A stretch of DNA of 63,990 bases, taken from NCBI GenBank assembly GCA_963632775.1, contig CAVGUW010000006.1, forward strand, positions 1 to 63,990. Reading direction: 5' to 3'. Within the stretch, counting starts at the first letter, position 1. Every line of letters starts with the position of its first letter. The notes beneath the pieces are model-generated. The model had not been told where the DNA came from, did no database searches, and was given only the letters and a program-made list of their open reading frames with translations. The position numbers and the translations under genes are program-made. Shown here piece after piece: positions 47,335-56,962 of this stretch. This stretch comes from Bacteroides salyersiae. Lineage in GTDB: Archaea > Thermoplasmatota > Thermoplasmata > Methanomassiliicoccales > Methanomethylophilaceae.

Positions 47335-49008
47335 ATGAAGACCGACTTGGAGATAGCATACGATGCGAAAGTTGAGCCTGTGAGAGACATAGCCGCGAAG
47401 ATCGGGATCCCAGAAGATGATCTCGTCCCCTATGGAAAGTACATCGCGAAGGTCCCGCTCAAGGAACTCGAGAAGTACAAGGACAGGCCAAATGGAAAGC
47501 TGATTCTCGTCACAGCCATCACCGCCACTCCGGCCGGTGAGGGTAAGACGGTGACGTCCATCGGATTGATCCAGGGACTCAGCAAGATCGGGAAGAATGT
47601 AGTAGGTGCGCTTAGGGAACCGTCTCTCGGTCCGACATTCGGTATCAAGGGCGGTGCGACCGGCGGAGGGTATGCACAGGTGTATCCCATGTGGGATATC
47701 GACCTCCAGTTCACGGGGGACATCCCTGCTGTCGCAGCCGCGCACAACCTCCTGTCGGCCATGGTGGAGAACCATATCGCCAAAGGCAACGAGCTCGGCA
47801 TCGACCCTACGCAGATCGTCCTCAAGAAGACCATGGATATGAACTGCCGTGAACTCAGGAACATCGTCGTCGGATTGGGCGGAAAGGGAATGGGCGGGAT
47901 ACCGCACGAGAGCGGTTTCCTCATCACGTCCGCATCGGAGATATCCGCGATCCTCGCACTCGCATCGGACCTCGATGACCTCAGGGAGAGATTGGGGAAC
48001 ATCATCGTCGCATACACATATGACGGTGCACCTGTCAAGGCCAAGGATCTGAAATGCATCGGTGCGATGATGATCTGCCTCAAGGATGCGATCAATCCCA
48101 ACCTCGTACAGACGTTGGAGGGACAGCCCGTATTCATACACGGATTCCCGTTCGCCAACATCGCACACGGTGCGAACTCGGTCATAGCCACGCGCTCAGC
48201 GCTCAAACTCGGTGACTACGTCGTCACGGAGGCCGGTTTCGCCGCGGATCTCGGTGCGGAGAAGTTCATGGACATCGTATGCAGACAGGCCGGATTCTCG
48301 CCCGATGCGGTCGTCATCGTGGCATCCGTCCGTGCGCTCATGATGCACGGAGGTGCGGACCTCAAGGATGAGTCCACCATGAACATGGACTCGCTCAACA
48401 AAGGATTCAGCAACCTCGACAAGCACATCGAGAACATGCAACAGTATGGTGTACCGATAGTCGTCGCGATCAACAGGTTCCCCACGGACAAACAGGAACA
48501 CCTCGACAGGATCGCAGAGCACTGCAAGGAGAGAGGTGCCGAATATGCACCGTCCGAGGTCTTCATGAAAGGCGGCGAGGGAGGAATGAAACTTGCCGAG
48601 AAGGTCGTAGAGACGCTCGAGAGCAAAGCTCCATCATACAAGCCTCTGTATGACCTCGATATCCCGCTCAAGGAGAAGATCGAGACCATCGCTAAGAGGA
48701 TCTACGGTGCGGACAGGGTCGAGTACTCCGCCAAGGCGAACAAGACCCTGAAACAGCTGGAGGAACTCGGTTACGGGAACCTTCCCGTGTGCATCGCCAA
48801 GACCCAGGCATCCATCACGGATGATCCCAAGAAGAAGGGTGCACCCACAGGCTGGACACTCAATGTGAGGGAGGTCAACATCTCCGGAGGTGCAGGTTTC
48901 GTCGTCCCCGTATGCGGTGAGATGACACTCATGCCAGGTCTCGCCAAGGTACCTGCGGCCGTCAACATGGACATAGACAAGGACGGACGTATCACAGGCC
49001 TCAAATGA
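47335..49008 (+). CDS. fhs: formate-tetrahydrofolate ligase
   Basis: The start is placed at MKTDLEIAYDAKVEPV. A P-loop (TPAGEGKTVTSIGL) is present. The length is 557 aa. Confidence 0.85.
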   Translation: MKTDLEIAYDAKVEPVRDIAAKIGIPEDDLVPYGKYIAKVPLKELEKYKDRPNGKLILVTAITATPAGEGKTVTSIGLIQGLSKIGKNVVGALREPSLGPTFGIKGGATGGGYAQVYPMWDIDLQFTGDIPAVAAAHNLLSAMVENHIAKGNELGIDPTQIVLKKTMDMNCRELRNIVVGLGGKGMGGIPHESGFLITSASEISAILALASDLDDLRERLGNIIVAYTYDGAPVKAKDLKCIGAMMICLKDAINPNLVQTLEGQPVFIHGFPFANIAHGANSVIATRSALKLGDYVVTEAGFAADLGAEKFMDIVCRQAGFSPDAVVIVASVRALMMHGGADLKDESTMNMDSLNKGFSNLDKHIENMQQYGVPIVVAINRFPTDKQEHLDRIAEHCKERGAEYAPSEVFMKGGEGGMKLAEKVVETLESKAPSYKPLYDLDIPLKEKIETIAKRIYGADRVEYSAKANKTLKQLEELGYGNLPVCIAKTQASITDDPKKKGAPTGWTLNVREVNISGGAGFVVPVCGEMTLMPGLAKVPAAVNMDIDKDGRITGLK

Positions 49009-49015
49009 TCGGGGG

Positions 49016-49047
49016 CGGGGGACACCCCCGTTCCCGACTCCTTTTAT
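49016..49047 (+). terminator. hairpin plus T-tract 3' of fhs
   Basis: CGGGGG-ACA-CCCCCG is followed by CTTTTATT. Confidence 0.5.
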
Positions 49048-49132
49048 TCATCTGGACTGGAACATTCCTGTTTGTTCGAGCATTTCACTGAATAGGTTTA
49101 ATAATCTGAAACACATCCCGACCATCGGTGGG

Positions 49133-50638
49133 ATGTCTAGTCAATACTTTGTCGGGATAGATTTAGGTACGGCGAATTCTTGCTTGTCCTATACAGAAGG
49201 CGATGGTTCAGTCAAGATTCTGCAGATAGGCGACCGTACCCACATGCCTTCCACCGTCACATTCACCGACAAAGGCATATACGTGGGCCAAGAGGCACTG
49301 GGACTCAGCAGCGAGAACGGTGCATGGAACACGGTATCGCATTTCAAGAGGGTCATGGGAGAGAAGGTCATAAGGTACTTCAACGACATCCCGTACGACC
49401 CGACGGAACTGTCCGCCATACTGTTGAAGAAACTGAGGATGGAACTCGAAAGACAGACCGGGTTCGATGCCAAGGATGTGGTCATCACCATCCCCGGCGA
49501 CTACGGTGACATCGAGAGACAATCGACATACAATGCGGCAAGAATTGCGGGATTCGAGCATATAACGTTATTATCGGAATCGTCCGCGGCCGCCATATCG
49601 TACGGTGTGACCAAAGGCATCGACAACGACCGTCTCATGATAATCTACGATCTCGGCGGAGGCACATTGGATGTGTCCGTCGTCGAGATGTCCAAGGGTA
49701 CGTTCCGTGTCCTCGCCGACGAGAGTAACAAGGATCTCGGTGGCAGGGATTGGGACCTCCAACTGGCGACGCTCATCCAAAAGAAGGTCCTCGATACCAG
49801 GGACTTGGAGGGTTCGGACGTCCTCAATGACAGCGATTTCAGAAGACTCCTGCTCCTGGAAGCGGAGAGGATCAAGCTCGAGTTGGAGAGGAGACCGAGG
49901 GCCGCAGGGGAGATAATGCTCCGCGGAGAGGTCACGACATTCTCCATAACCAGAGAGGAGTTCGAGGATTCCACCAGATGGCTCATGGACAAGAGTATCG
50001 ATATGATCGGTTACGCACTGAGGAACTCGAGACACACGATGAGCGATGTCAATGAGATCGTACTCGTCGGTGCATCATCGCTCATGCTCCAGGTGCCGAG
50101 GAACCTGAGGGAAGCGTTCCCTTCGAAGGACATCATCGTCTACAAACCGGAATTGGCGATCTCCGACGGTGCGGCATTGTACGCGGAATCCAAGTACGGT
50201 AACAACAGGATAAACGTCATACCGGTCATGACCAAGAGTTACGGCATATTGGCAGGAATCGACGGTGTGGAGAAGATATGCAACGTTGTCTTCAAGAACA
50301 CGAACATCCCCTCGGAACACACGCTCTCGTGCAGACCCAAGAGGGATGACCAAGAGTGCATGGACATCAAGATCTACGAATCCATCTCCCGTCAGGGCGA
50401 GGATTTCATCGACATAAGCGAAGGTAAACTGGTCAAGGAGGTGTCGGTACCGCTCACCGGCAACGTATCCCGTGGCCGTACGAAGATCCCCATAAAGATA
50501 TCCGTCGACAGACATGGGAAGGTGGAGTTCACCCTCACATGCAACAAGGTGGCCAATACGTTCTCGTTCGTAGAGGACATCACGATGACGGATGAGGAGG
50601 TCAGCGAATCAGCCTTCAAGATGGAGGGGATAGTCTGA
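49133..50638 (+). CDS. Hsp70-family protein, short form (nucleotide-binding domain plus beta-sandwich, no helical lid)
   Basis: The motifs GIDLGTANS and DLGGGTLDVS are present. The length is only 501 aa. No grpE or dnaJ gene is adjacent. Confidence 0.7.
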   Translation: MSSQYFVGIDLGTANSCLSYTEGDGSVKILQIGDRTHMPSTVTFTDKGIYVGQEALGLSSENGAWNTVSHFKRVMGEKVIRYFNDIPYDPTELSAILLKKLRMELERQTGFDAKDVVITIPGDYGDIERQSTYNAARIAGFEHITLLSESSAAAISYGVTKGIDNDRLMIIYDLGGGTLDVSVVEMSKGTFRVLADESNKDLGGRDWDLQLATLIQKKVLDTRDLEGSDVLNDSDFRRLLLLEAERIKLELERRPRAAGEIMLRGEVTTFSITREEFEDSTRWLMDKSIDMIGYALRNSRHTMSDVNEIVLVGASSLMLQVPRNLREAFPSKDIIVYKPELAISDGAALYAESKYGNNRINVIPVMTKSYGILAGIDGVEKICNVVFKNTNIPSEHTLSCRPKRDDQECMDIKIYESISRQGEDFIDISEGKLVKEVSVPLTGNVSRGRTKIPIKISVDRHGKVEFTLTCNKVANTFSFVEDITMTDEEVSESAFKMEGIV

Positions 50639-50646
50639 CCGAACTC

Positions 50647-51558
50647 GTGGCCACGGATATCTATCTCAAGGCCAAGGCCCTGCTCGATGCGGGGGACTAT
50701 TGCGGGGTGGATCTCATGAAGGAGGCCGCTCTGGCGGGCAACCCCTACGCACAGACCTACTACGGCAGGATATTGGTCGACGGGGATCACGTGAACAAGG
50801 ATTACAATCTCGCGGCGGACTTGTTCAGGAAGGCTGCGGAACACGGTATCGATGAGGCCCAATACTATGTCGGGATGGGCTATTTCCTCGGCATCACTGT
50901 GGAGAAGAACTACAAGGAAGCACTCAAATGGTTCAGGATCTCGGCAGAGAAGGGATTCCCCAAGGGACAGTACTACCTCGGTGTGTTCTATTACAACGGA
51001 TACTGTGTGTACAAGGACTACGGATTCGCGATCAGGTGGTTCACCATGGCCGCCAATCAGGGATACAGCAAGGCACGTATCACACTTGCGGATGCTTACA
51101 TGGATCTCCACAACCCGAACCGTGATATCAAGAAGGCGGCATCGCTCTACATATCGGCGGCAGAATCCGGTGACGTACGCGCGTATTACAAGGCAGGGAT
51201 GTGCTATTACAAAGGTAAGGCCATCAAGCTCAACTATCACCAGGCGATCGAATACTTCAGACTCGGTTACAAAGCGGGTGACGCCGATTGCGAGTTCATG
51301 TTGGGATACATGTACGAGCACGGGCAGGGTGTCGCACAGGATACGAACATCGCATCCATGATGATCTCCCACGCGGCCATCACGGGATGTGACGAAGCGA
51401 AGGCATACCTCGATGACAAGGTCCCGGCAAGGGCCAAACGTACGCCGATGCCTGTGGAGGAGATCGTTTTGAACACACCCGATGTGATCGGTAGGACGAA
51501 GGGTGTGAACGAGGAAAGGTCATTGTTCGGTCAGATCTTGAGACGTCTCAAGAAGTGA
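50647..51558 (+). CDS. Sel1-repeat (TPR-like) protein
   Basis: Tandem Sel1-like repeats are present (AQYYLG..Y..G.GV.KDY..A..WF..AA..G). The start lies 8 nt after the Hsp70 stop codon. Confidence 0.7.
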   Translation: MATDIYLKAKALLDAGDYCGVDLMKEAALAGNPYAQTYYGRILVDGDHVNKDYNLAADLFRKAAEHGIDEAQYYVGMGYFLGITVEKNYKEALKWFRISAEKGFPKGQYYLGVFYYNGYCVYKDYGFAIRWFTMAANQGYSKARITLADAYMDLHNPNRDIKKAASLYISAAESGDVRAYYKAGMCYYKGKAIKLNYHQAIEYFRLGYKAGDADCEFMLGYMYEHGQGVAQDTNIASMMISHAAITGCDEAKAYLDDKVPARAKRTPMPVEEIVLNTPDVIGRTKGVNEERSLFGQILRRLKK

Positions 51559-51604
51559 TGTACAAAAGTGTACATCGATGTATTTATTTTGACATCATTA
51601 ATAT

Positions 51605-52867
51605 ATGAGTTCGTCCATCAGCATGATAGATAACATGATGTCTGATGAACAGTTGGATGCGATCAAACTCGGATTGTCCACGATAAAGGACAGATCACCA
51701 TTCTACAGGGAGAAGTACAAGGATATCGACCTCGATGGTATCAGGACGAAGGATGATTTCGAGAAGCTTCCATTCACTGACAAGTACGAACTCCGCGATG
51801 CATACCCCCTCGGACTCCAGGCGGTACCCGATGAGGAGGTCGTGAGGATCCATTCGTCATCCGGTACGACCGGAACGCCCGTGGTCATCCCATACACCAA
51901 GAAGGATGTGGAGGACTGGGCCATCATGTTCGAGAGATGTTACAAGATGGCCGGTGTCACCAACCTCGACCGTGTGCACATAACACCCGGATACGGATTG
52001 TGGACCGCCGGTATCGGATTCCAGGCAGGTGCGGAACGCCTCGGTGCCATGTGCATACCCATGGGTCCCGGTAACACCGAGAAGCAACTGAAGATGATGC
52101 AGGACATGGGAAGCACCGTCCTCACGGCGACATCTTCATATGCCCTCCTCCTCGCCGAAGAGATAGAGAAGAGAGGCATCAGGGATAAGATCAAACTGAA
52201 GAAGGCATTGATCGGTTCCGAACGCTGGGGAGACAAGATGCGTAACCGTATCGCCGACGAACTCGGCGTGGAACTCTACGACATCTACGGTCTCACCGAG
52301 ATATATGGTCCCGGGATCGGTATCAGCTGCGAATATGCGACCGGTATGCACTGCTGGTCCGATTATGTGTACATGGAGATCATCGATCCCAAGACCGGAA
52401 AGAACGTACCCGATGGGGAGTACGGAGAGTTGGTCATAACCACACTCAAGAAGGAAGGCGCACCGCTCATAAGGTACAGGACGCATGACCTGACGCGCAT
52501 CATCCCCGGGGAGTGTCCGTGCGGTTCCAAGTTCCCCCGTATCGACATATTGATCGGTCGTACCGACGACATGGTCAAGGTCAAGGGCGTCAACATCTTC
52601 CCCGGACAGATCGAGGACCTGTTGAGGGACATACCCGGCGTGTCGAGCGAGTATCAGGTCATGATCGATCACCTCGAGGGTAAGGATTCGCTCACGCTGT
52701 TCTTCGAGACAGAACTGACCGGCAAGGACCGTACGGCATTGGAGAGGACGGTCCGTGACGAGTTCAAGAGCAGGATCGGGATAACGATAGTCTCCAAGGC
52801 AGTGTCCATGCAGGAACTGCCGAGGAGCGAGAAGAAGAGTCACAGGATCTTCGACAACAGATACTGA
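51605..52867 (+). CDS. phenylacetate-CoA ligase family adenylate-forming enzyme (PaaK / F390-synthetase-like)
   Basis: An AMP-binding motif (SSGTTGTPVV) is present. The length is typical of the PaaK family. Confidence 0.7.
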   Translation: MSSSISMIDNMMSDEQLDAIKLGLSTIKDRSPFYREKYKDIDLDGIRTKDDFEKLPFTDKYELRDAYPLGLQAVPDEEVVRIHSSSGTTGTPVVIPYTKKDVEDWAIMFERCYKMAGVTNLDRVHITPGYGLWTAGIGFQAGAERLGAMCIPMGPGNTEKQLKMMQDMGSTVLTATSSYALLLAEEIEKRGIRDKIKLKKALIGSERWGDKMRNRIADELGVELYDIYGLTEIYGPGIGISCEYATGMHCWSDYVYMEIIDPKTGKNVPDGEYGELVITTLKKEGAPLIRYRTHDLTRIIPGECPCGSKFPRIDILIGRTDDMVKVKGVNIFPGQIEDLLRDIPGVSSEYQVMIDHLEGKDSLTLFFETELTGKDRTALERTVRDEFKSRIGITIVSKAVSMQELPRSEKKSHRIFDNRY

Positions 52868-53827
52868 TCATCTCTTGCTTCCGCCTATCATCACGAGGTA
52901 GGCCAACAGCGCTTCCAATTGGATGCGCTCGTTGCTACCTTCGATGATACGGAACTCGATCTCTCCCGTCTTATCCATCAGGACCACCTTCTCACGGTCG
53001 TCTATGGACAGTTCGAAGAACGAGGAGTGGATCTGTCTGATTATATCCTGACCTGAGAGTCCGAACTCGATCATGATCTCGTCCAACTTATCCCTCGCGG
53101 CTATGAAGTTACCCTTGAGGGCGGTCTCGATCATGTTCTTCACCTCTTCCGGATTGGCGAGGCCCGTGGTCTGATAGATGGTGTCGACATCGATCGTCTT
53201 ATCCATGGATGCGGCCACCTGCAACGAGTTGACGGCACGCCTCATGTCTCCCCTTGCGACATGCACCAATGCCTCGAGGGCATCGTCATCGATCTTCACA
53301 CCCTCATTGGTGACGATCTTCGTGAGGAAACCCTTCACATCCTCCTTCGACAGAGGCTTGAACCTGAACACGGCACATCTGGATTGGATGGGGTCTATGA
53401 TCTTGGACGAATAGTTGCATGACAGGATGAAACGGCAGATCTTGGAATACTTCTCCATGGTCCTTCTCAATGCGGCCTGTGCATCGGATGTGAGGGCATC
53501 GGCCTCGTCCATGAAGATGATCTTGAACTCGGCATTACCGAGAGGTGCGGTCCTGGCGAACTCCTTGATCTTACCCCTGACTACATCGATACCTCTCTCG
53601 TCGGAAGCGTTCAGTTCGATGAAGTTACCCTTCCATTCGTCACCGAACATCTCCCTCGCCATGGCAAGGGAACATGTGGTCTTACCGGTACCTGCGGGCC
53701 CGGTCATCAGGAGATGTGGCATGTTCTTCGTCTCGACGTAGGCTTTGAGTCTCTCCGTGACATGTCTCTGTCCGATGACCTCATCAAGATTCTTGGGTCT
53801 GTATTTCTCTGTCCATATCTCCTTCAT
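52868..53827 (-). CDS. rfcS: replication factor C small subunit
   Basis: The start is placed at MKEIWTEKYRPK. Walker A (GPAGTGKTT), a DEAD-like box (FMDEADAL) and a SRC motif are present. The length is 319 aa. Confidence 0.85.
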   Translation of the reverse strand: MKEIWTEKYRPKNLDEVIGQRHVTERLKAYVETKNMPHLLMTGPAGTGKTTCSLAMAREMFGDEWKGNFIELNASDERGIDVVRGKIKEFARTAPLGNAEFKIIFMDEADALTSDAQAALRRTMEKYSKICRFILSCNYSSKIIDPIQSRCAVFRFKPLSKEDVKGFLTKIVTNEGVKIDDDALEALVHVARGDMRRAVNSLQVAASMDKTIDVDTIYQTTGLANPEEVKNMIETALKGNFIAARDKLDEIMIEFGLSGQDIIRQIHSSFFELSIDDREKVVLMDKTGEIEFRIIEGSNERIQLEALLAYLVMIGGSKR

Positions 53828-53898
53828 GTCGATCGAGGTTGGGTATGACAACCAATTGAGATAAACATTGTTCCGGACCACGGGACAAGGCCTTATCA

Positions 53899-54876
53899 AT
53901 GTCGAGACCATTAACCGTGCATATGAAATTGATCGATGTCTACAGACTGGCGATCCAGACCGGTATCGAGCATGATCCTCGCCCGAAGGAGACCATAGAC
54001 AGGATCCTGAAGGATGAGAAGGCGAGGTACGATTCGCTGGACGAGACCGAGAGATCCTATTTCGACACTGAGAGGCTCTGGAATCCGTACGGTGATTCGA
54101 GACTCTCATACGGTGACGAGGGATCGGATGTGAAGAGGCTCATGTGGGGCATCGACATAGAGACAGGTGAGGTCCTCCTCGCCGACAGGTTGAGGGAGAA
54201 GGGAGAGAGGATCGACGGTATCGTGGGACACCACCCGTTGGGCTCTTCCAAGATACCGTTCCCGGAAGTGATCGATATACAGAACGAGCTCTACCACAGA
54301 TATGGTGTACCGTACAATGCGATCGAGGACATGATGAGATCGCGCATATCCGAGGTCACGAGAGGGGTCCATCCGTCCAACTACAATCAGGCGGTGGATG
54401 CGGCCAAGTTATTGAACATACCGATCATGAACATACATGCACCCGCTGACAACTGTGTGGAGGATTTCCTCTCCAAGGGTATCGAGAAGGAATCACCGAC
54501 ATACGTCAGCGATATCGTGGACTATCTGATGTCCATCGATGAGTTCAGGATCGGTGCGAAGTACAATTGCAGACCGTTGATCGCAGTGGGTTCCCCCAAG
54601 GACCATTGCGGTAAGGTGGTCATCAAGATGAACGGAGGTACATCGAGCCCCAAGGAGATCTACTCCAAACTGGAGATCTCCGGTGTCGGTACCGTCGTAG
54701 GCATGCATTTCCCGGAGAGTCATATCGAGGAGGCACGTAAGCACAACATCAGACTCGTCGTCTCCGGACATATGCCATCCGATTCATTGGGTGTGAACCT
54801 GATATGCGATGTGTGGGAGAAGGCAGGGGTGGATGTCGTACCATGCTCCGGCCTGATCCGTGTGAGTAGGAATTGA
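53899..54876 (+). CDS. NIF3-family dinuclear-metal protein (GTP cyclohydrolase 1 type 2 homolog)
   Basis: An HHP motif (GIVGHHPLG) is present. A C-terminal His/Asp/Glu cluster is present. Confidence 0.5.
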   Translation: MSRPLTVHMKLIDVYRLAIQTGIEHDPRPKETIDRILKDEKARYDSLDETERSYFDTERLWNPYGDSRLSYGDEGSDVKRLMWGIDIETGEVLLADRLREKGERIDGIVGHHPLGSSKIPFPEVIDIQNELYHRYGVPYNAIEDMMRSRISEVTRGVHPSNYNQAVDAAKLLNIPIMNIHAPADNCVEDFLSKGIEKESPTYVSDIVDYLMSIDEFRIGAKYNCRPLIAVGSPKDHCGKVVIKMNGGTSSPKEIYSKLEISGVGTVVGMHFPESHIEEARKHNIRLVVSGHMPSDSLGVNLICDVWEKAGVDVVPCSGLIRVSRN

Positions 54877-56042
54877 TCCCGATGTTCGAGCGCGAATCCA
54901 CGATAATAAAGGAACCGAGGAAGCTATCCTTCGACTATATCCCGGACAGACTGCCGGGACGCGAGGAACAGTTGAGCCTCCTGGAGATGATATTCCGCCC
55001 CGTCATAGAGAGCGGGACATCGGAGTATGCGTTCTTCACAGGCAGTGTCGGTACGGGTAAGACGGTCACATCCAAGTTCTTCATCAATGAGTTGATGAGA
55101 TATTCGGCAAGACACAACGTCCCGATCGACTACATCTTCGTCAACTGCAGACAGAAGGGGACCGAATCAGGTGTACTGTATCAGTGCCTCCATCATTTCG
55201 ACGAAGGGTATCCCGACAGGGGATTCTCTCCCGAAGAGATGCTCAGGGCATTGAGGTCACATATAGAGAGGTCCAAGAAACGCATCATCATAGTCATGGA
55301 TGAGGCGAACATCCTCCTGAAGAAGGGGCCGGTCAACCTCATCTATCAATTATCGAGGATGAGCGAGGAATCCATCAACATGCAGTTATCAGTATCACTG
55401 ATACTCATATCGCAGGAATACGTCATCGACAGATTGGATGAAGCATCACGTTCCACGTTCAAGAAAGTGAACACCATAAGATTCGACAGATACTCTCTGA
55501 ACCAACTGAAGGAGATCGTGAGATACCGTGCGGAGGAATCCCTGATGGACGGATCGTATGATGACAATATAATCAACATGATCGCCGAGATAGCCTCCGC
55601 CGACGGTGATGCGAGGTTCGCGATAGATCTGTTGGATAAGGCCGCACGCACCGCCGAGACGAGACCCGAGGGTAAGATAACGCCCGAGGACGTACGTCAG
55701 GTCGGGAGTCTCGTGTTCTCCGTCGTGAACACCGCCAAATTGGAGGAGCTCGGACGCAACGAACTGTTCGCTCTATTGGCGGTATCGAGGGCGATCAAGG
55801 ACAAGGGATACATCAGGATCAACGATGCCGAGAAGACATACCATGTCGTCTGCGAGGAATACGGCGAGGAACCCAGGAAGCATACGCAATTCTACCAATA
55901 TGTCAGGGACCTCATGAAACAGAACCTCCTGTCCGAGGCGAAGGATGCCGAACCGTCCAAATCCATGTGCGTATCCCTACCTGACATCCCGTCGAAGGAA
56001 CTCTCGAAGAGGATCGAGAAGATACTCGGTGATCCCCAATGA
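54873..56042 (+). CDS. Orc1/Cdc6 replication initiation protein
   Basis: An AAA+ Walker A motif (GSVGTGKTV) and Walker B motif (IIVMDEA) are present. A C-terminal winged-helix region is present. The length is 389 aa. Confidence 0.8.
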   Translation: MIPMFERESTIIKEPRKLSFDYIPDRLPGREEQLSLLEMIFRPVIESGTSEYAFFTGSVGTGKTVTSKFFINELMRYSARHNVPIDYIFVNCRQKGTESGVLYQCLHHFDEGYPDRGFSPEEMLRALRSHIERSKKRIIIVMDEANILLKKGPVNLIYQLSRMSEESINMQLSVSLILISQEYVIDRLDEASRSTFKKVNTIRFDRYSLNQLKEIVRYRAEESLMDGSYDDNIINMIAEIASADGDARFAIDLLDKAARTAETRPEGKITPEDVRQVGSLVFSVVNTAKLEELGRNELFALLAVSRAIKDKGYIRINDAEKTYHVVCEEYGEEPRKHTQFYQYVRDLMKQNLLSEAKDAEPSKSMCVSLPDIPSKELSKRIEKILGDPQ

Positions 56043-56962
56043 GATGCGACCTCTGTTCCCATGATGCCGTCACGTTCATCAGATACAACGGGGCGCACCT
56101 CTGTGCACAGCACTTCATGTCGTACATCGAGAAGAAGGTGAAGCGCGAGATACGCAAACAGATCAATCTCCATCCCGGGGACAGGATCGCCGTTGCGGTA
56201 TCCGGCGGTAAGGACTCGATGGTGACGCTGAAGCTCATACACGACGTCTTCAAGGAAAGACGCGACATAGAGATCCATTGCATCACGATAGATGAGGGGA
56301 TAGAGGGATACAGACCATCGAGCATAGGGATAGTGAGGGAATTCTGCGAGGAGAACGATATCGCATTCCATCTGATCTCCTTCTCCGATACGTTCGGACT
56401 GACGATGGACGATGTCGCACCGCTCAGTGGAGAGAACAGTCCGTGCACATACTGCGGAGTGTTCAGGAGAAGATGCATGAACACCGTGGCGAAGGAGATC
56501 GGTGCGACATATCTCGCCACAGGCCATAACCTGGACGATATGAGCCAGTCCATCATGATGAACTTCGTCAGAGGGGATGTGGAGAGGTTGGCGAGACTCG
56601 GTCCTCACAAGAAGGTGCAACCCGGGTTGATACCGAGGTTCATACCCTTGAGGATGGTGTCCGAGAAGGAATCGTTACTGTATGCCATCGTATCCGGCCT
56701 CAAGTTCCATGATCAGACATGTCCGTATTGGAAGGAAGCACTCAGGAACCAGTATCGCGGGATAGTGGATGAATTGGAATCGAGATCCCCGGGATCCAAA
56801 TTCAGCATATTATCATCATACGATCAATTGTATCCCATGCTCACCGAGAACTTCAAGGCCGCCGAACTGCACGAATGCGAATGCGGCGAACCCACCATGG
56901 GGAAGAGATGCAAGGCATGCGAGCTCTCGGACCACATGATCCGTATGATCAGAGATCGATGA
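56039..56962 (+). CDS. PP-loop ATPase tRNA 2-thiolation enzyme (TtuA/NcsA-like)
   Basis: An N-terminal zinc finger (CDLCS..C) is present. A PP-loop SGGKDS is present. A C-terminal zinc finger (CECG..C..C) is present. Confidence 0.65.
   Translation: MRCDLCSHDAVTFIRYNGAHLCAQHFMSYIEKKVKREIRKQINLHPGDRIAVAVSGGKDSMVTLKLIHDVFKERRDIEIHCITIDEGIEGYRPSSIGIVREFCEENDIAFHLISFSDTFGLTMDDVAPLSGENSPCTYCGVFRRRCMNTVAKEIGATYLATGHNLDDMSQSIMMNFVRGDVERLARLGPHKKVQPGLIPRFIPLRMVSEKESLLYAIVSGLKFHDQTCPYWKEALRNQYRGIVDELESRSPGSKFSILSSYDQLYPMLTENFKAAELHECECGEPTMGKRCKACELSDHMIRMIRDR

Noticed and set aside
52136-52843. 235-aa minus-strand ORF
   Set aside because: It is antisense to the PaaK-family ligase gene, which carries the SSGTTGTPVV motif. 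It is spurious.
52868-54109. 94-aa N-terminal extension on the RFC small subunit ORF
   Set aside because: The extension is Arg/Ser/Pro-rich junk. The conserved RfcS N-terminus MKEIWTEKYRP begins at the internal ATG (53825-53827). The gene was trimmed to 52868..53827.
54873-56042. Origin of replication adjacent to orc1/cdc6
   Set aside because: There is no intergenic spacer or ORB-like dyad repeat on either side of the gene, and the neighbours overlap it. No origin was called here.
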